This document shows, piece after piece, positions 20,650 to 32,295 of a stretch of DNA of 33,206 bases. The stretch covers positions 1 to 33,206 of the forward strand of contig JABANN010000390.1 of NCBI GenBank assembly GCA_013115125.1, given 5' to 3'. The translations under genes were made by a program, and so were the position numbers. Source of the stretch: Perkinsus olseni. Lineage: Eukaryota. The notes under the pieces are model-generated. The model saw only the letters and a program-made list of their open reading frames with translations. It did not search any database and was not told the origin of the DNA. Positions within the stretch are counted from its first letter, which is position 1; each line of letters begins with the position of its first letter.

Positions 20650-23584
20650 GCACATGATCAATCTCGTCGTCTATCCCTCGTCCATCGACTGCCAAATCGG
20701 CCCACGTAGTCCTTGATGTATTCACCTGAGCAAGCGTGGGGACGGATGGCCGACGATATGGCGGAGCAAGCGGTGTTCAGTAATCGCCTTGATTCACTGG
20801 AGGAGCTTCCTGCGGCCGTCCACCGGTAAGCTCAGTGCAAGCGCTGCGGATCTCAGCTAGCGATGCCTCACTCCCAGATACTAGTCGTGAATTCCGTCAT
20901 CAGCGGCAAACGAAGATACGAACCGAGCTATAGAATGCTCGGCAAGATACGCCTCACATGACATCCCAGCTATCCAGGCGTCCAGTAACAGAGTGCCAAC
21001 GACGTAAAACAGAGATTCACTGCATCTCCCCAACGGAGCGAGGCTGCCCGTCTTACCGTGATCGCTATACCCCACACTAGACTCAAGTAAGGTGAAGTAC
21101 TTCTTCCAGTAGTACTGTAGATTATCAAACCCGACGGCGAAAGGTATCGACACCATAAGTATGATAAACCACAGCTTGTTGCCCTGAAAATCTTGCTCGT
21201 CTTGCATCTTCTTGCATATCCTCAAATCTCACCCGAGACCTACCGTAGGTATAGCCAGCTCTCTCATTCGCTCGGCCATTTTGACTTCATCATACATCTC
21301 CGGTGTCGTCTTCGATAACAGCTGCACCACAGGCTGGTGGAGGTAAATCGGAACAAACATCAGATACACGGGGTTGCCTCGCCGCTCTTGTGGACCCCCC
21401 TTGCTGTGCTTGCGACCCACATCTCGGGGCTGAACTCGAGAAGGAATCACAGCTGACGACCGTGAGCTCATGAAATGAGCCCCTGTACGAATTCTCCTTC
21501 TATGCAGATTTGTCGCAAAGACCTATGGTCTACGAATAGCAGTCGAATAACGCAAAAATACAAGGGAAGTGTTAACAGCTCCTCCTTCAGATAGATATCT
21601 TCTACAGGGGGTAGAAGAATCTCCTGGGATCTTCCGAACGAATAGATATCTTCTAAGAAGATACCTATTCCTTCAGCTCGGTACGCCGAAAACATGCGTG
21701 GCAATTGCCAGTGATATTCTGGCAATAACCTAATATTCTGCAATATTCAGCTGTCACAATGCCAACAAAAATCTCCTTTCCTGACGACCTCCGCCCCTAC
21801 CCCCACCTTGTGCTGGTTCAACATGATGTTGTAGAATGCTTCGCACACTAGATACTCCGCCGTTTCACGGTAGAAGACCTCACTACTCGCGGGAAAGTCC
21901 TTCTCGAATATCCTGAGTAAGTAGACCTTGACAAACCGCAACGGATAGTCATTCAGGAGCTGATGGACAAGGACCTTTACGGCAACTCACTCAAGGCCTC
22001 GGAGAGTTTCAATCCGCAAATGCTTCGAATGCCAGATCATGTGATAGAAAAACCGGGGCCACTCCCTAGGGTGCTTGTAGAAGGCCTGGGACGTCCTGAA
22101 GGAAGAACGGGTGAGTGCGCCGCGCTTCGACTGATTAATGCGACAAAAGAGTCTGATCAGCATCACCTGCCATTGGTTATGGCTGGTGGTCGTCCGAGAC
22201 CAGCCGTAGGTATGCCGTGGATATCACATAATTGCATCACTGGGAAGAGGGAAAACCATATCCGGCCAGTGAGGTCACCCGAAGCCTCGGGCTTCCCACC
22301 TGAAGCAGTGATTAGTGAAAGGAGTGGTATCGGAGAAAGCATAAGGGCAACAGCTCTAGATCGTTCTAACGAAGGACGGCATCCGTCAATCGAGCTGAGG
22401 CTTCCAATGAAGAGGAAGCTTCATGTGCCCACAGCCAGTATCGTGCACCGCAAGATTGCCGCTCTCCCACGTACTCGCTTTGATAGCTTCAACGTCATAA
22501 GTTTTCCGCATGCCCATGTAGCCCTGCTTAGTAACACCGAAGAACGCCATCCGAACGGGGTCTCCTGAAAATTGAGGGAATACCCACCTACTTCGAGTGA
22601 CCGAAACCGTAGCATTGCGAAACACTCATAGTCTGTCGATAATACTTATCGTATGTCGCAACTAAGTCGCATCTCATGAAGAAAGCTTCGGAACCGTGCC
22701 CCGGTTAGGAAAGACACTCAAACTGCCACCAATCCCCCAGTATAATACACCTTCGATGGACTAGCCACTCGCTAATCCACTGCCTTTAGCCGCTCTAGAC
22801 CAGAAACAGTACAGCCTCCAGTCGAAAAATGAGATCCGACTGGTATTCGCCATCGACTGGGAAACCCGTGATAAGTCATTACAGTTCTCACAGATAACGT
22901 CGACGATATGAACAACCCTCCCATCTCCAACGCGAATTAACTATCGTGTAATAAGCTAGAATAAGACCATCGCCATTACCCTGATCCCGGAGGCCATGGA
23001 AGAGTTTGATCGTCTCCTCAGCAGCGTCTATCCCCACGAACTTCTTCTCATGCACACCAACCACAGCAATGGACACGCCATCAGCATCCACAGGGTCGCT
23101 CTTGTTCTTCGCGGGAAACGGAGGCAATCTAACCTACCACAATTCCCGCTATTTACACCCCAGCCGCGGGAGAGATCGTGGAACCGCCAACCCTAATACA
23201 AACTGCGTGATTCTCCGCAATCCACCCTGTGCCGCCAATCCCGTCCGCCTCTGCGCTGTAAACTCCTGAATGCTCGTCACCAGCAATGGCATGAGAACAT
23301 GCAGCGAAGTGAAAACTGACGTTCGACTGAGTGACAACTCGTTCCGCCAGAGGACAGCGACCTGAAAGAAAATTTTTAGGAAAAAAATTGGCAAACGCTT
23401 CGGTAGTTCGGCGTTCGCTCATCGGAAGACAATGCAGATTCTCCATCAAAATGCCCCCAGGGGAGGACGGCCTCCTCCCGCCTCCCTTGAATAAACTGCA
23501 ACCCAAAACCTTCGCTGTGCGCGTTAAAGATGTCTCATTTACGAGAGTAGCAACAGCACAAACTATTGTGGTGAAAGCATGCAT
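20650..23584 (-). CDS. Multi-exon hypothetical secretory/membrane protein (could be two genes; 3' end approximate)
   Basis: Signal-peptide-like MHAFTTIVCAVATL|FIQG. A chain of same-strand ORFs (22888-23127, 22386-22625, 21747-21941, 21468-21743, 21229-21471, 20881-21225), several joinable by ~60 nt GT-AG introns. Hydrophobic segment KLWFIILMVSIPFAVGF. Confidence 0.5.
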
Positions 23585-23972
23585 AAAAAATGGTGAAATT
23601 ATCGAGTAGTGTACGGACGGAAAAATACAACTTCGATGAAGGTAACAATTATACATCTCCTCGTTCCCTGACAGACTCGAGCAGAGGGAGGGAAGGGAGG
23701 CTACGGATAAAATTGGCTCCCTCAGCGGAGCGAAGCGATTCATGTTTCTACATTTTCACATATTCATGCTCTACCTGCTCGCAACTTCACTTGTAAACAA
23801 CTCACCGTTAGACTGAAAAAAGACGTAGAATCCGCACAGCAGAATTCTACTCGCAGTCGCCTGAGGCGATTCTTATTTCGAAATGGAGGAGTCTCGGCCC
23901 ACAAGAAGGAAAATTTACCGATAAAAAATTTCACTCCCACCCAAAAAATAAGCCGAAAGATTCCGGTTACAT

Positions 23973-25684
23973 CTATGGAGGGCCGAAGTTGAGTCGCTTC
24001 TCCGTTGCGAAGACCTCGTAAGTCCTCCTTGGTGACATCAACTGCACCTCGTTGTACCTAAACGATCAAGAATCACTGATTCGCAACTGGCGAATTTCTC
24101 GCTCGCCCCAGAAATGGCGGTCGTCGGCGAAGAATCCCTCCCCTTATCAAATAAAGAAATTGTGAAACTCAGAATCGATCCTGGATCTTATTTTTACATT
24201 GATTTTTTCATACTGTTTTTACAAAATACTGTTTATTAAACGACGCCCCCTGTAGTTCCGAGAAATAGTCGAAGGCGGAGACGCCAGCGACTTACGGTGA
24301 GAATTGGACCCGAGCCCTTCTTTTCTTCCCGGTAGTAGCAGACCTGCTGGCTGATGATGCTGGACACGTTGGGGACCTGAACATTCCGGGAATAGCCACC
24401 GTACTCACACTGAAATCGCCAGAACAACCCACAAGACGAAGACCTCACCTCGCCTGACCAGAGACCGTCGGAGAAGAAGCCTCCGAGTCCAAACCGGCGG
24501 GAGTACCCTCATCTTTAGCGGGCGGACAGATGCTGAGAACACTGTCATCATTTTAGGGGAAAGCACGAATTGATGCTGAGGGAATCGACAGCTTCCCAGC
24601 TCCCCCTCGACGAGAAAGACGAGTTCGTTCCAGAGACAATTCTCTTTAAACTATACAAAAATCTCACCTCCATAACCATTATTAACATTCATACAGAACT
24701 TTACTATTATGCCTAGAGCACCTCTTGTACAATCATTACTACCGTAAATATATAACCTCACACTGCATAAATAGTGTAACCCCGCCCCTCGTACCTAGTC
24801 CTGCGCTTTGCCTTGCTATCAGTGACCCCCTCAAGCGACCCACTCCGCCGTTTCTTCGCCTGCCCTTCCTTCGCCGATTTTGCTCCACTCGATTGGGCGC
24901 TGGGGCTCTCACCGTACGCCGAATCTCGCCTAAGGGAACGTCAGTTCGGCTACGGAAACTCTGTCTCGATAGGATTTTACGCTACGGAATATGCCCGGGT
25001 TCGAGCCCCAGGAGAGACATTTCTACCTCAATATTGGTTTCACAGCGCCGTCGCCATCTACTGCACTTCCTCGTCTGAATGGACTCTTGAATTTCGACGA
25101 CACTAGGGCTTCTTTCACAGAAATCAGCCAGAAGTTGCCACCTAAACCAGCGGAAGAATAATCATCATCTTGCGACTTGGAAGACTCTACGTGACGAGAA
25201 AAGCCCCAATGACCACCGAGCCTATCAACAGCTAAAGGGACGCCTCAAGAAAGACAGCCTACATGAATCGCGGCGATAACAAACGGCAGTTCCTCGACGC
25301 CCGAGAAGATTCATTCAACACCAAGCACCTCAACCTTCCTCGATATCTTAGTATAACCCCATACCACTCCATTCGCAAATCGGCATCAGATCTCTCCTAC
25401 TACCAGGCGCTGAGTAACTCCTCAACCCGACGGCTGCATCCCCACTGACATCCATTTCCTCATGCCACGCCCTCAGCCGAGTTATGAGCTCCCCCCGATT
25501 CCCAGTGGACTAAAATAGAGAAAATCTTCGCTGTGCGCGCAGAGAGGAATCTTTCTGACACCTCTAGTTATCATACCTCCAGACTGAGCTTCCGACATAA
25601 ATCCCTAAGACTCTCCTCAGACCAGTACCGCGAGTGGTCCAGCATCCCCGGGTTGAAGGATAACTGAAACATAACAGGAAACAT
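23973..25684 (-). CDS. SAP-domain protein with a C-terminal PP1-docking RVxF motif (7 short exons, missed by the ORF track)
   Basis: Spliced: MFPVMFQLSFNPGMLDHSRYWSEESLRDLCRKLSLE|STGNRGELITRLRAWHEE (SAP pattern LxxLCxxLxLxxxGxxxELIxRL)..AP|GGNFWLISV..KPIL|RRDSAYGESP..|SVLSICPP..|RSPTCPASS..GKKRRARVQFSP|YNEVQLMSPRR..FGPP*. All junctions are GT-AG with matching phases. Confidence 0.8.
24995..25024 (+). pseudogene. tRNA 3' fragment, antisense at the 5' end of intron 24930-25026
   Basis: CCGGG TTCGAGC CCCAG GAGAGAC A TTTCT, followed by ACCT (reverse complement of AG|GT). Confidence 0.65.
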
Positions 25685-25779
25685 GAGCCAACCTATACGG
25701 AACCACGGTGCGAAATGCGCTATTCAGTAGTGTTTTTCACATAAAAAGACAACTTGCGATGAAGGTTCTTAGACTAAAT

Positions 25780-25877
25780 GGCGGAGCTTGCTCAGCGAAG
25801 CCGTAAACTCTACAGTAGATAGTTAAATATTCACTGCACGCGAAGAGTCCCCGGTTCGAATCCCAGGCCCGCCATTT
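25780..25877 (+). pseudogene. Intergenic tRNA-like element (Val-like 3' half)
   Basis: GGCGGAG...CACGCGAAGAGTCCCCGG TTCGAAT CCCAG GCCCGCC A TTT. The ends pair (aaatggcgg/ccgccattt). At ~95 nt with irregular arms it is probably not a functional tRNA. Confidence 0.55.
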
Positions 25878-25959
25878 GTCTGTAGTGCGATAGACTTCCT
25901 TTCATGATTTTACTAACACCGGTTACACGACATCAGCTAAACTATGAAGGGCATAATAT

Positions 25960-26882
25960 TCAGATATTGGGTACATCTGACCACTGAACATGATCGCATT
26001 GTGTATCTTTCATCGCGACCCTGAAGGCTTCCAAGCGAGAGGCCACAGAAAAGCTCATCACTCCGGAAGCTCGAAAATGGCTACTGCCCATCTTTGCGCG
26101 GCTCCTCCATGCGACAGTCATCGCCAACTCCTTCCTCAGAACAACCTAGAAAGTTTTTTTCATTGTTACCGGCAGTATCGAAACTCTCCCCGACCCCCAA
26201 CCAATCCCTAGCTACTACATGCCGACTGTATCTCTTCAGCAGCACCGTGTTCGGAGTGTCGCTCCCTCTCTTCGCTGGAGGCGCCGTGTGCACTTCCCTA
26301 TGCTCTGCGGACGTCCCTGAGATCACACCCCCCTTGCCAACCGGAGTGCCTGAAGTCAGCGACAACCTGAGTCCCATCATCGAGAAAGTGCGACCGAAGA
26401 TCAACTAGAAGTGTAAAACAGGCCGACCACCACCGCCTACTGTGTATGCCATCTGTCGTGCTCTCCGGAAGACCATCGTAACTGGCTCGACGAGTAGTTA
26501 CCGGCATAAGGGAAGAAATACTTCAGTTGGAATTCGCCATTTCCTCTGCGGGCCGCCCTATTTTACACAGCACACCGATACAGGATGATGCAGACGCTGC
26601 CGAGGCGATGGTCAAAAACCTCCCGTTATCCTCCTCAAAAAGGACCAACATGAGCGGCCTATCCCCACCTCCACGGAAGCAGCCCATCAGTTGCCTTCAC
26701 TCGGTCGGTGACGTTCAACCTTGCACTATCCGGCACCTCTATGGCTATTGATCGTAGCAATTTTCAAAACGGCAACAGGGCCTACGAAGACGCGGCTGAA
26801 CTAAAACCTTCTGGACGAGCGCGGCGTAGTCCTGGAAGGCAACTACCGGAGTACTACTAGTAGCCCCCTTTCGTCCGAACAT
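25960..26882 (-). CDS. Hypothetical multi-exon gene
   Basis: MFGRKGATSSTPVVAFQDYAALVQK..|PIEVPDSARLNV..W|SYDGLPE..|..LLKRYSRH|VVLRKELAMTVAWRSRAKM..DVPNI*. One junction is unresolved and no family was recognised. Confidence 0.4.
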
Positions 26883-27066
26883 CGGGCATAGCAATTGGGA
26901 TGAGTCAATCCCATGACTCGAATGAAGGATTATCGAATGATATTATGCACGAAAGCCGGCAACCGTAGAGTGACAAGTCGCAGCTCCACCGAGTTATGTA
27001 GTTAGGTCCAGAACAACACGAACAGCATCTGCCGGTGGTGAGAAACAAGGACGTTATAGTACAGCT

Positions 27067-29388
27067 TCACGTGAACAACGGAGCCCGACTGCCGCTACGA
27101 CGATGCAGTGGTCGATCGGAGAAGGCATCGTCATCATCAACATCATCTTCGGATGAAGAATAGACTGAAGACAGCGAAGGCGGCGCTACAGCGTACCGAA
27201 CCCGCGACCTCCCGAATGCAAGCATAACGCACTCCCAATTGAGCTACTACCTGCCCTCTTCGCCTGTCGCAATTCCCGCAGTAGCTCTCTTGGCACAGTA
27301 GCCCTCGAATTCTCGCCGGACTTGCTCGTCAACCAAAATGCTGCATTGTAGGAAATCACCAAGCCGAAGCACAACAGCATCTGACGAGGTATCAGAATTT
27401 CGTGCGGTTAAAGCGGTAACAGCAACGATGATCCGGCACACCAATTACCAAGTACCCTATACAGTACTTAGCTTAGAGTCGAAAAGTTACCCCACCGAGC
27501 GCTTGTGGGATATGACGACCCAACAGGGAGGACACACTTGCACGACCATACTCGAAAGTGAACAGACAAAATCTAGTGGTGGGTGTTGACGATTCCGCGA
27601 CAATACCCACAGAAAGTTCACTGCTAGGCAGCCAAGTTATGATGTCAACGATGATGACTTCCAAAAAGCACGAGCTCCCGGTAACAGCCTCAGTCGCCCT
27701 CTACTACCAAGCAGGCGATGGTCTTCCAAGTCAACTTCTCGAAGAATCCATTTAAACTCTCTCCGAGCGTCTCCATAGTAAAGTTACTCCTCTTAGCCAC
27801 CAACACCGGGTCACGGGCCATACACTGCTCCCACATACGACAGGCTGACAACGAGAAAAGCACTGACTGAGATGACGCCGCCCCATCGAAGAAAGATACT
27901 AAAGAGCTTTGGGTCATTATCATGTTCGTATCATTTTGGCAGTCAAGTAAAAATTATTCGTCATATCTGTCAGTTCGGCAGTGTCAAAGAAAATGGTCCT
28001 GAGAGCATTCAAGAATATGTGCCGAGCAAGAAATACTTGTATTGACGACATATGCACAGTCGCTAAATACGGTATTCAGACCAAAAAAGTACGCATTCAA
28101 CCTCCCCCCCTACCCTGTTCGACAGCCGGTACTCTAGTAGACGGATCACACCTATTCTCTCGATAGTCCCTGGAACACTGACTGATCTGGTCCATCACCT
28201 CGTCCGAGTATATACTCATCTGAGCAAGACGATGATTGCACGCATGCACATCGCGGATGAAAAGATTCACCTTTTCGTTAATATCGGCAGAGATGGTAGT
28301 GGCCAAGGAGTAGAGCATGTAGAGCCAGAAGATGCCAACAGCCACATTCAAAGCTAACTGGACGTAACCTGACCGAGACCACCACATGTGGAAGATATTT
28401 TTGGAGCAGGCCAGGCCATCGCCTTTTAGTTGACCATCAAAAATATATTCTGCGATTTTCGACCCCTCATCTCCGAAAACAGCAAGAAATATACGAAGAC
28501 CAATGAATGAACCGAGAAACTGCAGTTCGCCTAAAGCTGCTAATCTCAGGCCTCAGAATCTATGCTGGCCGCGGGGAAGCGTCTCGCCGTCCGGTTTTGA
28601 GCGAGCGATTGGGAGAAGAACCGTGCAAGAACGGAAGCTACTCACCAGAAAGGACATAAGGCATCACAATTTGCCGTCTGACTTGGGCATACTCCGAGTC
28701 CCTCTCCTTCCGACTGCCACAACGCCTCCCAGTTGAGCTCCCGATGGCCGCCAGATGTCGGTTCCGAGGAGTCACGGGGTCGTTCAGCGGCAGCACCTGT
28801 AGAGCACGTCACAGTGGACGGGCAGCACCTCCGCATTCGTTCCCTCCTACCGCCGTGTTCTCCGGTGACTGAGCGTCTGTCGGTGAGGAACCGCCATCTG
28901 AAAATAAAAATTGGCGTCTTTTTCCGAGGAATGAGCCGAGCATGAGACAAAGGTGGATAATCGAACGTAATTGGCATGGTGCTAGATCTCGACCGTTGGT
29001 GAACTGGTAATGAAGACAGTCAGCGGTACCCGGCGAGAAAGAGGTGAACTATACAAAATAACAAGTCCATGTGATTGGCATTTTCTATTCGGAATGAGGC
29101 TGATCCGAAAAGTTGCTTAATGAAGACTATTCACCTAAGGACACGTTTAACCGTCACTTCGATTGCTTTCGGACACTTACGAGCATCTCATCGAAGCAAC
29201 CCAAAGATCTGCATCATATGCTCCCCTGACGCTCCCGCAGCCCCCTCACTACCTAGATGTAACGATTCCATATTCCTGAGTAGATCCTCTCCTCCTGAAC
29301 GCTGTGCCGCCATCATACTGCACCCGTCAACCTCCATCGGCTCCGAGGTGGAGGCCGTTGATGTTGAGCGATGGAAGCTCGAGAGCAT
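27067..29388 (-). CDS. BRR6: Brr6/Brl1-like nuclear envelope protein (multi-exon)
   Basis: Diagnostic domain with 4 Cys between two TM helices: GYVQLALNV..LYMLY..TISADINEK|MSIYSDEVMDQISQCSRDYRENRCDPSTRVPAVEQ|ACRMWEQCMARDP..ETLGESLNGFFEKLTWKTIACL|MLLCFGLVI. The N-terminal exons are less certain. Confidence 0.88.
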
Positions 29389-29867
29389 CACAGATGTGAT
29401 GGGGAGGGCGAGGAGACGGGCAAACTGACAGATTGTGGCCTTTAATTACTCTACGTAATATCTACTATCATACTAATAGTATAATAGATAATTGCAATAA
29501 CAACCTATCGCGTCAATAACTATCCTATTCTTACCGTCAAATAACGGTAATTTTTGAGAGAGAAAATCTGATAACGTAAAAACAGCGGTACTGTACGATA
29601 CTAATGACTATACACTAACCTAAGTATGGGCCCCTCCAAGACGTCTCCACAACAGCACCCCTCGCTCCATTCACCGAGCAGCCCGTACCACTATCGGTGA
29701 CCGAGTGAAGCGATTCCTGCAGGTCCTCTTATTCACATCAACGCCATCCATTCGATAAGAAGCCACTACTCGAACAACTCAACCTCAGCTCAGTGTCAAG
29801 ATGCCTGCAAAAATATACACAATAGTACCGCAAATGTTATAAAAAGGAGTGGTATGAGCCCACACAC

Positions 29868-32185
29868 CTAAACCAGGACCTGGGACGTGAGGAACGGGTG
29901 CTCCAACGCCTCCTCTGGAGTAATTCTCTTCCGGGGATTCAGCTCCGTCATTTTCTCCAGCAAATCGATCAGCTCCTCAGTTTTCTTATCCAAATGCTTC
30001 TTATTAACGTCATCATCAGCCAGCTTCCGCGTGCCTTGCAAAACCTTCGCCCGAATCGTATCACACGAGGAATTCGGCTTGAACGCAGTTATCGTCTTCG
30101 CCGACCCATTCTTCTGCTGCCAGACAAAATCACAGTCCTCGTTGAAGTGCCCTCTAGTCTTCACGAATTTGCTCGATCGTATCTGGCTATGCGAAAACTT
30201 CCCCTTAACATCCTGAATTTGCTTCAGCATGTCATTATTATTTCGACCTTGGAAAAGTATCTTTCCCGTCCACAGCTCAAATATTGTACAGCCAATAGCC
30301 CACATATCGATCGCATAAGTATAGCTCTGGAAACCCATCATAATCTCGGGCGCGCGGTAAAACCGTGAGACAAGATACTCCACAATATCTTCCCCTTCAT
30401 GAATCTCGCACGCACTGCCAAGATCGCATATCTTCAGAAGAGCGTGGTTCTTCGAGATCAGAACATTATCCGGTTTGATATCAGCATGAATAATCTTACA
30501 CTCTTTCATGTGCTTCAATCCCAACACAAGTTGCCTACTGTACGACCACACCGCTCGAGGCGCCAAACCGCGCACGCCCGGCCGAGCGTACTTTTTCATA
30601 GCATCTCGCAGATTGCTCCACATAGCTTCGAAAACCAGGCACATGTGGCCATGATAACCAAAGGTCCTGACCAGCCGAATGATGTGGCTGCGGTCCCTTC
30701 CCTTGGGGTCCTTCGCGCAGAGATTGTCCGCCTCATCGTTCAAACGACGGAGGAGTTTAACCTCCTTTTCTGCTGCTTTGGTCATAGTTTCGTTCTTACG
30801 GATTATCTTGATAGCGACATCTTCCATCCTGAGGACCATACACAAATATAGTCATTAGTAGTTGCTAATTACTAACTGATAATATATTGGTAATATTAAT
30901 GGGATAGTGGCTTATTATAAGTTCCTAATACCTTCTACATCAAAAATACTACCACTGCCCGATTCAGGCAACCCGATCAATCCAATACAGCCACCGGCAC
31001 TCAGTCCACCCAACAGTGAATCTTACGCAAAGCGCGCTCGAACCAAGCTCTGCCACTATGCACAGGTCGCAGCGAGTCTGCATTTCTTTACACTACTGCC
31101 GAAGAATCTCGGCAGGCCCAACTTAGATAAAGTTCCGACGTGATAACGAGACCAAAAATTGTCGACAAATCTCAACGAAAGATACTCATTTCACCAACGC
31201 GTCCCGCCCGACTTACGTCTTGCTATCTTTGCACTTCAAAACGTTCGCAAACACTCCTTTGCTTATATTACAACTCTCTGAATTCAAAACCACATACCGA
31301 CCATCTAGTGTCTCCAAGTGTGACGGCACGAAATACCTACCACAACATCACCAACTCCCTTCAACGCACCAACCACCTACCCTTCAGTATCGTCTCGTTC
31401 ACCCTCAACGTCTTCCTTCCCTCGAGACTGCTGCAGCTCCTTGGCCTTCTCGAGCATCACCTTCACATGCGCCTCGCTGGCCTCCCCTGCCGTGTCGCTG
31501 ACCATCTGATGGGCGGTCTCGGTTACCTAACAGAGTCGACCGATTCAACTCGGCCGTCTGGATGAAATCATTACTTTTCTATGCACAACTTCTTTAAGGA
31601 CGTTAACCTCGGCCAAGGCTTTCGCCTTATCCTGAGCCATCTTCGCCTTCAACGCAGCCAAACCGACTGGAAGAGACTTAGCCTCAGTTTTCTCCGTTGC
31701 TGTTGTGTTAGACGACCCTTCATGAGCAGACAATGACAAACTGATGCTTCCCTCGCTATCTGAAAGAACCGGTTCAACCTATGGAAACCACCTTCAACTA
31801 CCCCACCTGCTGGCTTCTCTCTTTCAGATTTCGGCAATTCCCTCTTCTTCTCGCGACTTCGTCTTTCATCAGCAACTTCTCTGTGACGTCTATAATCACC
31901 ATCGCGAGATACCGACCTCCGACGTCGTCTCCTCAGCTCAGGGCTTCGCTCACTTCTGCGTCTGTCGTCCTCATAACGCCTTTCTCTGTGATGCCGTTCA
32001 GGAGAATAACATCTTCGGCTCTTGCGGGAAGGCGAATACTGGTCCCGCGAGGGCCTGGGGCGCTTGATGTAACCGTCTCCAGCGGAGTCCAGGAAACGAT
32101 GAGGACGGTCGTAGTCGTGACGGCGGCTTCGACGGCTCGAATAGCTTCTGTCGTTGTAGCGGGGGGATGATGGTGAGGGCGACAT
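29868..32185 (-). CDS. PRP4K: PRP4/CLK3-family pre-mRNA splicing kinase (CMGC) with RS-rich N-terminus
   Basis: RS/RD-rich first exon. GYF..ETLDGRYVV..SKGVFANV, VAIKIIRKNETM, IIHADIKPDNVL, ICDLGSA, YLVSRFYRAPEI, GRNNNDMLK. HADIKPDN and YLVSRFYRAPE are PRP4K hallmarks. Confidence 0.93.
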
Positions 32186-32295
32186 TGCCACTTTCCTTAC
32201 AGAAAGTAAAGTCACAAACGGAATCAGCTAACGAGAAGCAAATCTCGAAGAGTCGATCACACGCAGCAACGGGCGAATCTTCACGGATCTTACCA

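Noticed and set aside
21226-21749. Single in-frame TGA codons between ORFs, suggesting readthrough or selenocysteine
   Set aside because: Both stops fall within plausible 60-70 nt GT-AG introns that preserve the frame.
21963-22568. 201-aa plus-strand ORF
   Set aside because: It overlaps minus-strand exons of the 20.6-23.6 kb gene and has no recognisable motifs, so it is probably a shadow ORF.
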